From the IMG/VR virus record IMGVR_UViG_2737471857_000022: 36,183 nt of DNA. One strand, given 5' to 3'. The position numbers and the translations under genes were made by a program. Each line of letters opens with the position of its first letter. The stretch's first letter is position 1. Positions 25,502-33,494 of this stretch are shown in pieces. The notes beneath the pieces were generated by a model that was given only the letters and a program-made list of their open reading frames with translations, did not search any database and was not told the origin of the DNA. Origin of the DNA: a virus (taxonomy: Duplodnaviria > Heunggongvirae > Uroviricota > Caudoviricetes).

Positions 25502-28500
25502 TGGGATTTGAAGTATTGGTAGGCGCGGTTATTGCTGGTGCGTCTGCTGGGATGGCTGCTGCTGCAACATTTTCTGTTATGACCGCAGTCGCTATCGGTA
25601 TGGCTGCTGGTGCAATGACCTTGATTGCTTCCACTGTAGGCGCACCAAAAACACCGAAAGTACAAAGCCCAGATAATGCGGTGACACTAGGAACATCAAA
25701 CGATCCTAAGACAGTATTACCCGTCATTTTCGGTACTACCCGCACGGGTGCAATCTGCGTTTACAAAGCAATTTCACAGCGTGAAAACAACAAACTGGTA
25801 CAAATTTTTGCTATTTCCGAAGGTGAGATCGATCACTTTAAAGCACTGCACATCGATAATAAAAACGTTCTCATTAGTCAGAATATGACAATTCGTGATG
25901 GTATTCTCGATAAAGGAAACATTAAAGACGAATACCGCAAAGTGTTAGAAGTCGAGTTTCGCACTGGTAAAAATCCTAACACTGCATTGGATCTGGCTAA
26001 ACATCATTTGGGCGCTGATTGGGATGATCGGTATCAGGGTAACGGCATTGCGACCATGTGTATTGTTTTACGTCGTGATGACAAATCTCTTGCTGCTGGT
26101 GTTGATATTCTCCAGCCAAATAGCCAGGTAGCAGTAGACGTTTGCGGCCTTAAAATCCGTAACCTTGAAACCAATGCTATTGAGGCTAGCACTAACGGCG
26201 TGGACCAGATTTTCCACTACCTAACAAATGAAAAATATGGCTTATCCGTGCCAATTGAAAACATTAACGTTGATTCATTCCTGAAAGTACGTAAACAAGT
26301 ACGCCAGATGGATCTACATTCAAACGGTGCATGTGATCCGAACGCCAGCTTTAAAGAGAACTTGACTAATCTTATGCAGACTTTCGGCGGGGTGATGTTC
26401 GAATCCTTTGGACGTATTACGCTGAAACTGGATGCTCCTGATATTGTTAAGCATACCTTCAATGAAGACAATATCATGATGGGTAAGGTATCACTGAAAA
26501 CAGGTGGCACTAACGGTTATTTCAATACCATTAACGCGATGTATCAAGAACCATCAATTGACTATTCAGAGCAAATGCTACGTTATCCGGCTGATGCTGA
26601 AAACGATGCTACTATTCGTCAAGATGGTCGAATTATCGCTAAAGATATCGAATATCGTTTTGTTAAGTCTAAAGCCCAGATTGATAAACTAGCGAGTGTA
26701 GAACGAAATAAATCTCGTATCACTCAGGTTATCAGCTTCATGACTACTGACGCATTCACTGCCGAAGTTTGGGACGTTATCAGCGTAACCTATGATGAAT
26801 TAAAACTGAATAATTCACTTTGGCGCATTACTGCAATTGATCGCTCGATTGATTCTGGTATTGCTGGGATGATGACTATCACCGCCACAGAATATAATTC
26901 TCAGGTTTATACTGACCTGAACTATGCGGCGACTCCAGACAATAGACCTACTGGTTTACCGGATTCAATGACAGTACAGAAACCGACTAATTTCAGAATT
27001 AAGGCAACTGGTGAGACAATCCACGGTAAAAACGTAACTTTGACATGGGATGCACCGGAAGATTTCAACCGCTACGGTTTCCAGATTGATTACCGTGTAA
27101 GTGGATCGCCTAACTGGATTAAGCTGGGACAGACTTCACAGCAAATTTTCAATATCAATGCACTGGCAAAAGATCGCTCCTACGATTACCGCGTTTGTGC
27201 TTTCGGTATTATTGCTCGTTCCGAATGGGTGGAACTGGTTAACCAGAATCCAGAAGTTACCTATGAACTGCCTACGCCAGTGATCCGCATCAAAAATCAG
27301 GGTAGCACACCAGGAACTTTTGAAGGCAATGATCTGATTATCGAATGGGAAAATCAGCAAGCCTTAGATGTGGTTATCAACGGTGAAGCTAACAAGTTTA
27401 GTGACCTGTTTGAAGCATACATTATCAAGGTAACTAACAAGGCTGGTAAGTCTATTCAGTACCGTACCCGCGATCCTGAATCATGGACTTATACGCTTGA
27501 TATGAACCAGTTTAACGGCCTTTCGCGTGAATTGACGGTAGAAGTATCAGTCAAGGGCTATAACAACTCAGAGAGCGCCCCAGCGCGTTTAGTGGCTATT
27601 AACCCACAGCATAAGCCAATGAAAGGTTTTAGTGCGCGTGGTGGCTTTAATACTGCGTTTGTTATCTGGGCGGATGACGTAGAACATGACTATGCAGGGT
27701 CAATCATCCAGTATGCAACCGATAATACTTTCTCCGATGCAAGGGCAGTGACTACCAATAGCGTTAGTCATACTTCCTTTGATTTGGCTGACGGTGATTA
27801 TTATATCCGTGGTGCTCACTACGATATTTTCGGTATGGATGATGCTGTTTGGTCTGAACCGTATTTCATGCAAATGAAATCTACCATTAGTTGGGACGAT
27901 CAGGACAAAGAAGCACTGGAAGACCTGATCGGTTTACAAGATCGCTTAGATGAAACCATCGCGGATGCTATTGCTCAAGCTGGCGCTAATGCCGATGCTA
28001 AAATCGATGCAATGCATAAGCAAATCACTACCGAAACAGGGCAGACGGTCCAAGCCTCAGCCAATACCTTAAAGAGTCTGATTGCTACCAGCGAGCAAGC
28101 TAGCTCCACTAAGATTGATCAGGTTAAAGCTGAACTGAAAGGCGATATCACCAATGAAGTTAGCGCATCTGCTACTACCCTGAAACAAGCAATTGCTACC
28201 AGTGAGGCAGCAAGCGCAAGTAAGATTGATCAAGTTCGGGTAGAAATGGATGGCAAGATTGCTGGTGTGAATCAGGAAGCAGATGTAAAAATCGATGCTT
28301 TGAAGGGAACCATTAACAGCAAATATAATCTGGCGGTTAATGCAGATGGTCGCGTGGCTGGTATTCATATGAGCGCAACCAACGATCCGGCGCAACCGAC
28401 GAGAATCATCTTTACGGCTGATAAAATCGCGGTAGCTCCACAGAACGGATCGGAAGTATGCCCGTTTGGTATCGAAGATAACAAAGTTTATCTCGATAAT

Positions 28501-29277
28501 GCGATGATTCGTAATGCTGCAATTGGCACAGCCCAGATTAGTGATGCTAGTATCACCACGGCTAAAATCGGCACAGCCCAGATTAACGGCGCTCACATCC
28601 AACACGCACAGATCGGAACAGGTCATATTATTGATGGCTCTATCGATAATGCTAAAATTGGTAACTATATCCAGTCTTATAACTGGAATGGTAACGATGG
28701 ATGGTATATCGGGAAGGATGGCACTTGTCATTTTAGACACGCTAACATTCGTGGTCATTTGGTGGCTGATTCCGGCGAAATGAACAACGTAACGATTAAT
28801 TCAAGTTGCCGCATTTTGGGTATGCTTGATGCTAATCAGGTGCGTGGTGACTTCGTGAAAGCTATTGGTCGTCGATTCCCACATTGGGACGAAAACCCAT
28901 CATTGGGCTATCCCGGTTATCCGCAAGGTACAATCACTGTTCGAATTGAAGATGATCACCCGTTTGATCGTCAGATTATCGTTCCGGCTATTAGCTTTGG
29001 TGGTCTTAATGCGCGTGAAGGCTCGAATAACAATACTTACTATGATAACTGTCGCTTGATTGTTCGCAAGAACGGTGCTGAATTATATAACCGTGCATAT
29101 GGTAGACAGACTGGATTGTATAGTGCTGTTATTGATATGCCAGCCGGACACGGACCAGTTACGCTAACTTTTGAAGTAAGTTCAAGCGCAATCAACAACT
29201 GGACTCCCAGCACATGGATCAGCGATCTTTCTGTAATTGTTACTAAGAAAGCCGCGACTGGTATTTCTGTTTCTTAA
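25501..29277 (+). CDS. central tail fibre / host specificity protein, lambda gpJ-like (1258 aa), with hydrophobic N-terminal 45 aa
   Basis: N-terminal block LVQIFAISEGEIDHF matches the J motif. C-terminus (DDHPFDRQIIVP...DMPAGHGPVTLTFE...VIVTKKAATGISVS) resembles the lambda J receptor-binding end (recalled). Confidence 0.85.
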   Translation: MGFEVLVGAVIAGASAGMAAAATFSVMTAVAIGMAAGAMTLIASTVGAPKTPKVQSPDNAVTLGTSNDPKTVLPVIFGTTRTGAICVYKAISQRENNKLVQIFAISEGEIDHFKALHIDNKNVLISQNMTIRDGILDKGNIKDEYRKVLEVEFRTGKNPNTALDLAKHHLGADWDDRYQGNGIATMCIVLRRDDKSLAAGVDILQPNSQVAVDVCGLKIRNLETNAIEASTNGVDQIFHYLTNEKYGLSVPIENINVDSFLKVRKQVRQMDLHSNGACDPNASFKENLTNLMQTFGGVMFESFGRITLKLDAPDIVKHTFNEDNIMMGKVSLKTGGTNGYFNTINAMYQEPSIDYSEQMLRYPADAENDATIRQDGRIIAKDIEYRFVKSKAQIDKLASVERNKSRITQVISFMTTDAFTAEVWDVISVTYDELKLNNSLWRITAIDRSIDSGIAGMMTITATEYNSQVYTDLNYAATPDNRPTGLPDSMTVQKPTNFRIKATGETIHGKNVTLTWDAPEDFNRYGFQIDYRVSGSPNWIKLGQTSQQIFNINALAKDRSYDYRVCAFGIIARSEWVELVNQNPEVTYELPTPVIRIKNQGSTPGTFEGNDLIIEWENQQALDVVINGEANKFSDLFEAYIIKVTNKAGKSIQYRTRDPESWTYTLDMNQFNGLSRELTVEVSVKGYNNSESAPARLVAINPQHKPMKGFSARGGFNTAFVIWADDVEHDYAGSIIQYATDNTFSDARAVTTNSVSHTSFDLADGDYYIRGAHYDIFGMDDAVWSEPYFMQMKSTISWDDQDKEALEDLIGLQDRLDETIADAIAQAGANADAKIDAMHKQITTETGQTVQASANTLKSLIATSEQASSTKIDQVKAELKGDITNEVSASATTLKQAIATSEAASASKIDQVRVEMDGKIAGVNQEADVKIDALKGTINSKYNLAVNADGRVAGIHMSATNDPAQPTRIIFTADKIAVAPQNGSEVCPFGIEDNKVYLDNAMIRNAAIGTAQISDASITTAKIGTAQINGAHIQHAQIGTGHIIDGSIDNAKIGNYIQSYNWNGNDGWYIGKDGTCHFRHANIRGHLVADSGEMNNVTINSSCRILGMLDANQVRGDFVKAIGRRFPHWDENPSLGYPGYPQGTITVRIEDDHPFDRQIIVPAISFGGLNAREGSNNNTYYDNCRLIVRKNGAELYNRAYGRQTGLYSAVIDMPAGHGPVTLTFEVSSSAINNWTPSTWISDLSVIVTKKAATGISVS

Positions 29278-29295
29278 AATTTAATTCTAATAATT

Positions 29296-29337
29296 AATCC
29301 CGCTTAATTCTTTTGAGTTAGGCGGGATTATTTTTAT
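29296..29337 (+). terminator. terminator after the J-like gene
   Basis: AATCCCGC...GCGGGATT 8-bp stem, 18-nt loop, then ATTTTTAT. Confidence 0.55.
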
Positions 29338-29379
29338 CTAAATAATTCTGCCATTAAATTATAAAATATCGGGGGCGTA

Positions 29380-29658
29380 ATGACTGAAATTATATATGGC
29401 GGTATCGGTGTTATCGCCTTAATTTGTGGTGGTCTTTGGAGACTTCACCGAAATCAATTAGCAACAGAAAATAGATTGTCGAAATTAGAGTCCAATGATG
29501 CATTGTTTAATCAGAAGTTTGAAACAATGCAAAGTAACCACGACCAGATCGCCGAGAGAGTTTATCGCATGGAACAAACACTACACGGTATAGAGAAGAA
29601 AGTGGTTGCGATGGACGCTAAGTTTGACCAAGTTCTCGACATACTCAAACAAAAATAA
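29380..29658 (+). CDS. membrane-anchored coiled-coil protein (92 aa); possible holin or spanin-like lysis component
   Basis: N-terminal TM segment IYGGIGVIALICGGLW followed by a charged helical region; GGGGG SD. Confidence 0.45.
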   Translation: MTEIIYGGIGVIALICGGLWRLHRNQLATENRLSKLESNDALFNQKFETMQSNHDQIAERVYRMEQTLHGIEKKVVAMDAKFDQVLDILKQK

Positions 29659-29676
29659 TAATAAAGGGGTGAATAT

Positions 29677-29847
29677 ATGAAGAATAAACTTAAGAAATAT
29701 TTTGGTTATCTCTTGATTATCGCCCTCACTTATAACGTAGCAATTAGACCTCTGCTAACGTCCTTTGGGCTTGAACTCCCGGCTATGACCGTGGATGAAC
29801 AATTGCTAAGGACACTGGCGGGGGTCTTTTCGTTATTAGGGGGCTAA
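29677..29847 (+). CDS. small membrane protein (56 aa, two hydrophobic segments); holin/antiholin candidate
   Basis: ORF below the 60-aa track cut-off, found by reading; AAAGGGG SD; stop abuts the next ATG. Confidence 0.4.
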   Translation: MKNKLKKYFGYLLIIALTYNVAIRPLLTSFGLELPAMTVDEQLLRTLAGVFSLLGG

Positions 29848-29848
29848 C

Positions 29849-30532
29849 ATGGCAACCAGTACCAATAAACGAAACGCTCTAAGGACTAAGAAAGCGTTAC
29901 GGCAATGGTCTGATAAAGCAACCGATACATTCGAAAGGGCGATAGGGGAAGGGGCGATCTTTGCTGCTCGTGCACTCCAGAAGAAGATTAACAAGAATGT
30001 TGATAGACCTACTCGATGGACTCAGCAAGCTGTAGGTAATACCAACTACAAGAACCGATCAGGGACGAGACACCAAATCTTCATCAAGGGCGCAAGGGAT
30101 AAGGACAAGAAGATCGGCAGTCAGGATGACTATCTGAAACACTATTTCGATGGTGGCAAAATCAATAAGCTAGTGCCAATCGCCAACGGTCAGGTCTTAG
30201 ACTCCCACGGGAACATTAAGGCCATCAAAGGCGGTAAGATGATGCGTAACATCGAAAACGGCAACTTCATCAAGGTAGAGAACAAGGAAGGGACTTTTAT
30301 CATGAAGAAGTACAAGCCTAAGAAATCCCGAACCAAACGCGCTAGGAATGGATCGGCGGTGGCAAAACGTCGCTTAGAGAAACGCATACAGAAACAGAGC
30401 AAGCGAATTGTTGCCGTTAAGTCAGATAAAATTTCTACTCGTTATTCGACGCTAGGATCGTGGGAAAGCAACGAGGAAATGATGCTTAAGAACATTAATA
30501 AGCACATTAAATCGCGCATGAGATACGTTTAA
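29849..30532 (+). CDS. highly basic Lys/Arg-rich protein (227 aa), function unknown
   Basis: ORF translationally coupled to the upstream small ORF; about one quarter of residues are K or R. Confidence 0.6.
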   Translation: MATSTNKRNALRTKKALRQWSDKATDTFERAIGEGAIFAARALQKKINKNVDRPTRWTQQAVGNTNYKNRSGTRHQIFIKGARDKDKKIGSQDDYLKHYFDGGKINKLVPIANGQVLDSHGNIKAIKGGKMMRNIENGNFIKVENKEGTFIMKKYKPKKSRTKRARNGSAVAKRRLEKRIQKQSKRIVAVKSDKISTRYSTLGSWESNEEMMLKNINKHIKSRMRYV

Positions 30533-30570
30533 TCCATAAATACCCTCATAGAATCTTATGGGGGTATAAC

Positions 30571-30918
30571 ATGGCTAAAAATATTTTCACTGAATTTCCT
30601 ACTTATCCGGTCGATCAGCTTTCCGGTATTTTTATTAATGGCATTAGCCCAGAATCTATGACACATGATTTTGAGGCGAAGAGAGTTAAACATAAACAAT
30701 ATAAAGAATGTATCCGCGATCATGAAAAAGGGACCGTGTTTTGTGTCGCTACATTGGCTAAACGTCCTAAATATCGTTTTCGTGTAGGGCAAGAAGTTGA
30801 TGTAGTTAATCCTTATAGCTTTAACTGTCTGGGTGATGCACGCGCGGTGTGTGTAGGCACTGCTCCTTATTATATCAAGGGTATGCGCTTTATTGGTTAT
30901 ATCTTCGAAATGATCTAA
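30571..30918 (+). CDS. hypothetical protein (115 aa)
   Basis: GGGGGT SD lying inside hairpin 30542-30565. Confidence 0.55.
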   Translation: MAKNIFTEFPTYPVDQLSGIFINGISPESMTHDFEAKRVKHKQYKECIRDHEKGTVFCVATLAKRPKYRFRVGQEVDVVNPYSFNCLGDARAVCVGTAPYYIKGMRFIGYIFEMI

Positions 30919-30927
30919 GGGGGTAAT

Positions 30928-31281
30928 ATGTTAAGTAAGCATTTTTCTCGCAAGGAATTTAAATGTAAATGCGGAAAATGTGATTATGATACAATCGACG
31001 CTGAATTACTGGTAATTCTTGAGGATGTACGAGAACACTTCGGTAAACCAGTGATTATTAACAGTGGCAACCGTTGCCCGGCTCATAACAAGAATGTAGG
31101 CGGGGCAACCAACAGCTATCACGTTCGAGGCCGTGCGGCTGACATTGTGGTCAAGGGTGTCTCCCCTGATATTGTCCATGCTTATCTTGATGGGAAATAT
31201 CCTACTCAATACGGCTTAGGAAAATATAAAACCTTTACGCATATTGATTCCAGATCAAAAAAATCACGGTGGAATGGATAA
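30928..31281 (+). CDS. endolysin, zinc peptidase M15 family (117 aa)
   Basis: SGNRCPAHNKNVGGATNSYHVRGRAADIVV ... FTHID gives a His/Asp/His metal-ligand pattern typical of M15 peptidases; TAAGGGGGTAAT SD. Confidence 0.75.
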   Translation: MLSKHFSRKEFKCKCGKCDYDTIDAELLVILEDVREHFGKPVIINSGNRCPAHNKNVGGATNSYHVRGRAADIVVKGVSPDIVHAYLDGKYPTQYGLGKYKTFTHIDSRSKKSRWNG

Positions 31282-31287
31282 AATTAA

Positions 31288-31311
31288 AGCGCCTCTAGTG
31301 GGCGCTTTTTT
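31288..31311. terminator. bidirectional terminator between convergent genes
   Basis: AGCGCC-TCTAGTG-GGCGCT with T6 on + strand and an A/T tract on the other side. Confidence 0.65.
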
Positions 31312-31312
31312 G

Positions 31313-31894
31313 TTAGAATATGCTGGCGACGTTAGCTATATTTCTGACCATTTTTTCATTATAAACAAACGTTTCTGTAGCACCTTCTTTAATATCAAAA
31401 TCACCTTTTACTAGGTTTTTCTTGATAAACAATTCTGCCGCGTATGCGTCTTTTTCGTCTTGAAATTCGAAAGTCTCGATGATATCAAATTTCATCTTAT
31501 TCTGGCATCTTAGCTTATGTTTTCTCGTCAACACATTGTGACTTACTCCAACCTTACCCACATCACCACACCGCATAACATATAATACTGGTTGCCCATT
31601 TTTATATTTGTTGTCATATTTGCTACGATTACACGGGCACACAGTAGGATTATGTAAGAATTGTTTTGCTGTTATATCTCTGATTCTTGCGCAGCTTTCA
31701 CACTCTAGCACAATACGGCTATTGATTGATTTATACTCACCTTTGAATCCGTGATAAATCAAGGGTAAACCCTCGTTTTCAATACGGGTCACGATCCTTG
31801 CTTCCATATCAATTGGATGTGATGGCGCTTTGCCATTTTTGGTGCGGATAAAATTGAACGGGATATCACATGCTTTGCGCACATCATTCATCAT
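31313..31894 (-). CDS. zinc-ribbon plus GIY-YIG-like (T5orf172-type) domain protein (about 193 aa from ATG 31894; ORF opens at GTG 31906)
   Basis: CESCARIRDITAKQFLHNPTVCPC then PVLYVMRCGDVGKVGVSHN..R..H; paralogous to CDS 32423..33421; GAGG SD. Confidence 0.55.
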   Translation of the reverse strand: MMNDVRKACDIPFNFIRTKNGKAPSHPIDMEARIVTRIENEGLPLIYHGFKGEYKSINSRIVLECESCARIRDITAKQFLHNPTVCPCNRSKYDNKYKNGQPVLYVMRCGDVGKVGVSHNVLTRKHKLRCQNKMKFDIIETFEFQDEKDAYAAELFIKKNLVKGDFDIKEGATETFVYNEKMVRNIANVASIF

Positions 31895-31934
31895 AAAAAA
31901 CCTCACTTAATTTATCTTATAGGCATTACCTTTA

Positions 31935-32387
31935 ATGTTGATGATCGAGTTCGTAGAAACCGAATTAACTAAACTGGCTTCCGAAATGGAAGAAGAAACT
32001 CCGGCAGAAGGAACCAGTATTAACGATCTTATTCTGGCAGCAGACACCGCAGATGATAAAGTGATATTCGACGAAGTTGATCCGTCTCTGGTTGAAGCAA
32101 TGAAAGAACCTGAGATCGCCATTGAAGAAACAAAAGAAGAATCTCCAGCAGTTGAACCAGTGGTCGAAGAAGTTAAGTCAGATGTTGAAGAAGCACCGGA
32201 AGTTAAAGTGGAATCTCCGGTAGCCAACATTTTCTCTAACGAAGCAGAACATCGTTCCCCAGCACATGACACTGATTCATTTTGCGATCTTACTGGCTTC
32301 CGTCCGACCATTTGCTTGATCGGTGGCGGTCGTGGTTACTACTCCTGCCCGTGGTCTTCAACCATTACAACAAATTTTTCTCAATAA
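31935..32387 (+). CDS. acidic low-complexity protein (150 aa); existence uncertain
   Basis: Glu/Pro/Val/Ala-rich ORF with host-like codon usage but no clear SD; the antisense ORF 31907..32311 is an alternative reading. Confidence 0.35.
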   Translation: MLMIEFVETELTKLASEMEEETPAEGTSINDLILAADTADDKVIFDEVDPSLVEAMKEPEIAIEETKEESPAVEPVVEEVKSDVEEAPEVKVESPVANIFSNEAEHRSPAHDTDSFCDLTGFRPTICLIGGGRGYYSCPWSSTITTNFSQ

Positions 32388-32422
32388 ATAGTAGTGAACT
32401 TATTATTTTCGAGGACACTAAT

Positions 32423-33421
32423 ATGAATACTACTTTAGCAAAGGATATCGAATTTACCGCAAAAAGCAAACGTGCGACCCCTCCGGTCGAATATGAAACC
32501 AGAATCATTAAAGTTTGTCAAGCGCATGGATGGTTATACAGTGGTTTTGTGCTTCCTGTAAAGAAACCATTCCAGAACACCAAAGTTTGCATAGAAGTTA
32601 ACGGAAAGGTTAAAACGCCATGTATTAGTCATGTTCTAACTGGTCAGTTTACTGGCAAAGATAGAGTATCACCGCCTAAGAAGAAGTTTAGATTTACCGA
32701 AGAAGAACACTTAGAAAACGCTCGCAAGTTCTACAAGCCGATAGGGTGGGATGTGTTAGGTCTGGCTGAACCTTATCAGGGTGTTGACACTAAACTAATT
32801 CTTCGTTGTAAGTGCCACGGAAAGATTCACAAGAAAGGTGATTTACACAATAACCGCAGACAAGGCGGGTTAACATGCCCTTTGGTTAGGGGTGTACTTA
32901 AATCAATTCAGAATGGTAGAAAACAGGTTATCAGAAACAAGTTTGCACAGCGCCCTATGCACTTTTATCTAATTCGTGTTGGCGAGAAGTTTTTCAAATA
33001 TGGAATTACCACTCGCAAAGATCCGATGCAACGGGTAAGAGAACACCAGAAGCACACCAGCGAGAAAATCACCTTTGAATGCTCACATTTGTTTAACATT
33101 GGATGGAAAGCTGGTGATTTAGAAATGGGGATTAAAAAGAATATTCAGGGCAAGAAAATCCCACGTAAGGTAATGAATAGCGGATTCACAGAAACGCTAC
33201 CGATTAGCAAGCTGAAAGATGTTAAATCATTCATCAATGAATACATCCACACCAACCCATCTAAGCCAATGTATTTTGATGATACCAACGCAATCAATCT
33301 GAACAACTACATTAGTGATGAAGACATAGAACGAGATTTATCGCAGTGGATGAATGCACCGTTAGCTGATTTAACACCGGAAAACTTAGAACTCGATTTA
33401 AGCCCTTTAGAGGCTCTCTAA
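32423..33421 (+). CDS. zinc-ribbon plus GIY-YIG-like (T5orf172-type) domain protein (333 aa from ATG 32423)
   Basis: GAGGA SD 7 nt upstream; LRCKCHGKIHKKGDLHNN...LTCP then MHFYLIRVGEKFFKYGITTR...R.REH; paralogue of 31313..31894. Confidence 0.6.
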   Translation: MNTTLAKDIEFTAKSKRATPPVEYETRIIKVCQAHGWLYSGFVLPVKKPFQNTKVCIEVNGKVKTPCISHVLTGQFTGKDRVSPPKKKFRFTEEEHLENARKFYKPIGWDVLGLAEPYQGVDTKLILRCKCHGKIHKKGDLHNNRRQGGLTCPLVRGVLKSIQNGRKQVIRNKFAQRPMHFYLIRVGEKFFKYGITTRKDPMQRVREHQKHTSEKITFECSHLFNIGWKAGDLEMGIKKNIQGKKIPRKVMNSGFTETLPISKLKDVKSFINEYIHTNPSKPMYFDDTNAINLNNYISDEDIERDLSQWMNAPLADLTPENLELDLSPLEAL

Positions 33422-33494
33422 CGCAATTAAATTCAAAAGGGGTACGAATGTACCCCTTAACTGTTTTAGCTCGTTATACGTCGATTTAGGCCGC

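Noticed and set aside
28069-28758. 229-aa minus-strand ORF inside the J-like gene
   Set aside because: Antisense artefact of a long, compositionally biased coding region.
31907-32311. 134-aa Ser/Thr-rich minus-strand ORF opposite the acidic ORF
   Set aside because: Mirror image of the Glu-rich + strand ORF; + strand codon usage looks more host-like. Neither has a clear SD, so the + strand call is itself low-confidence.
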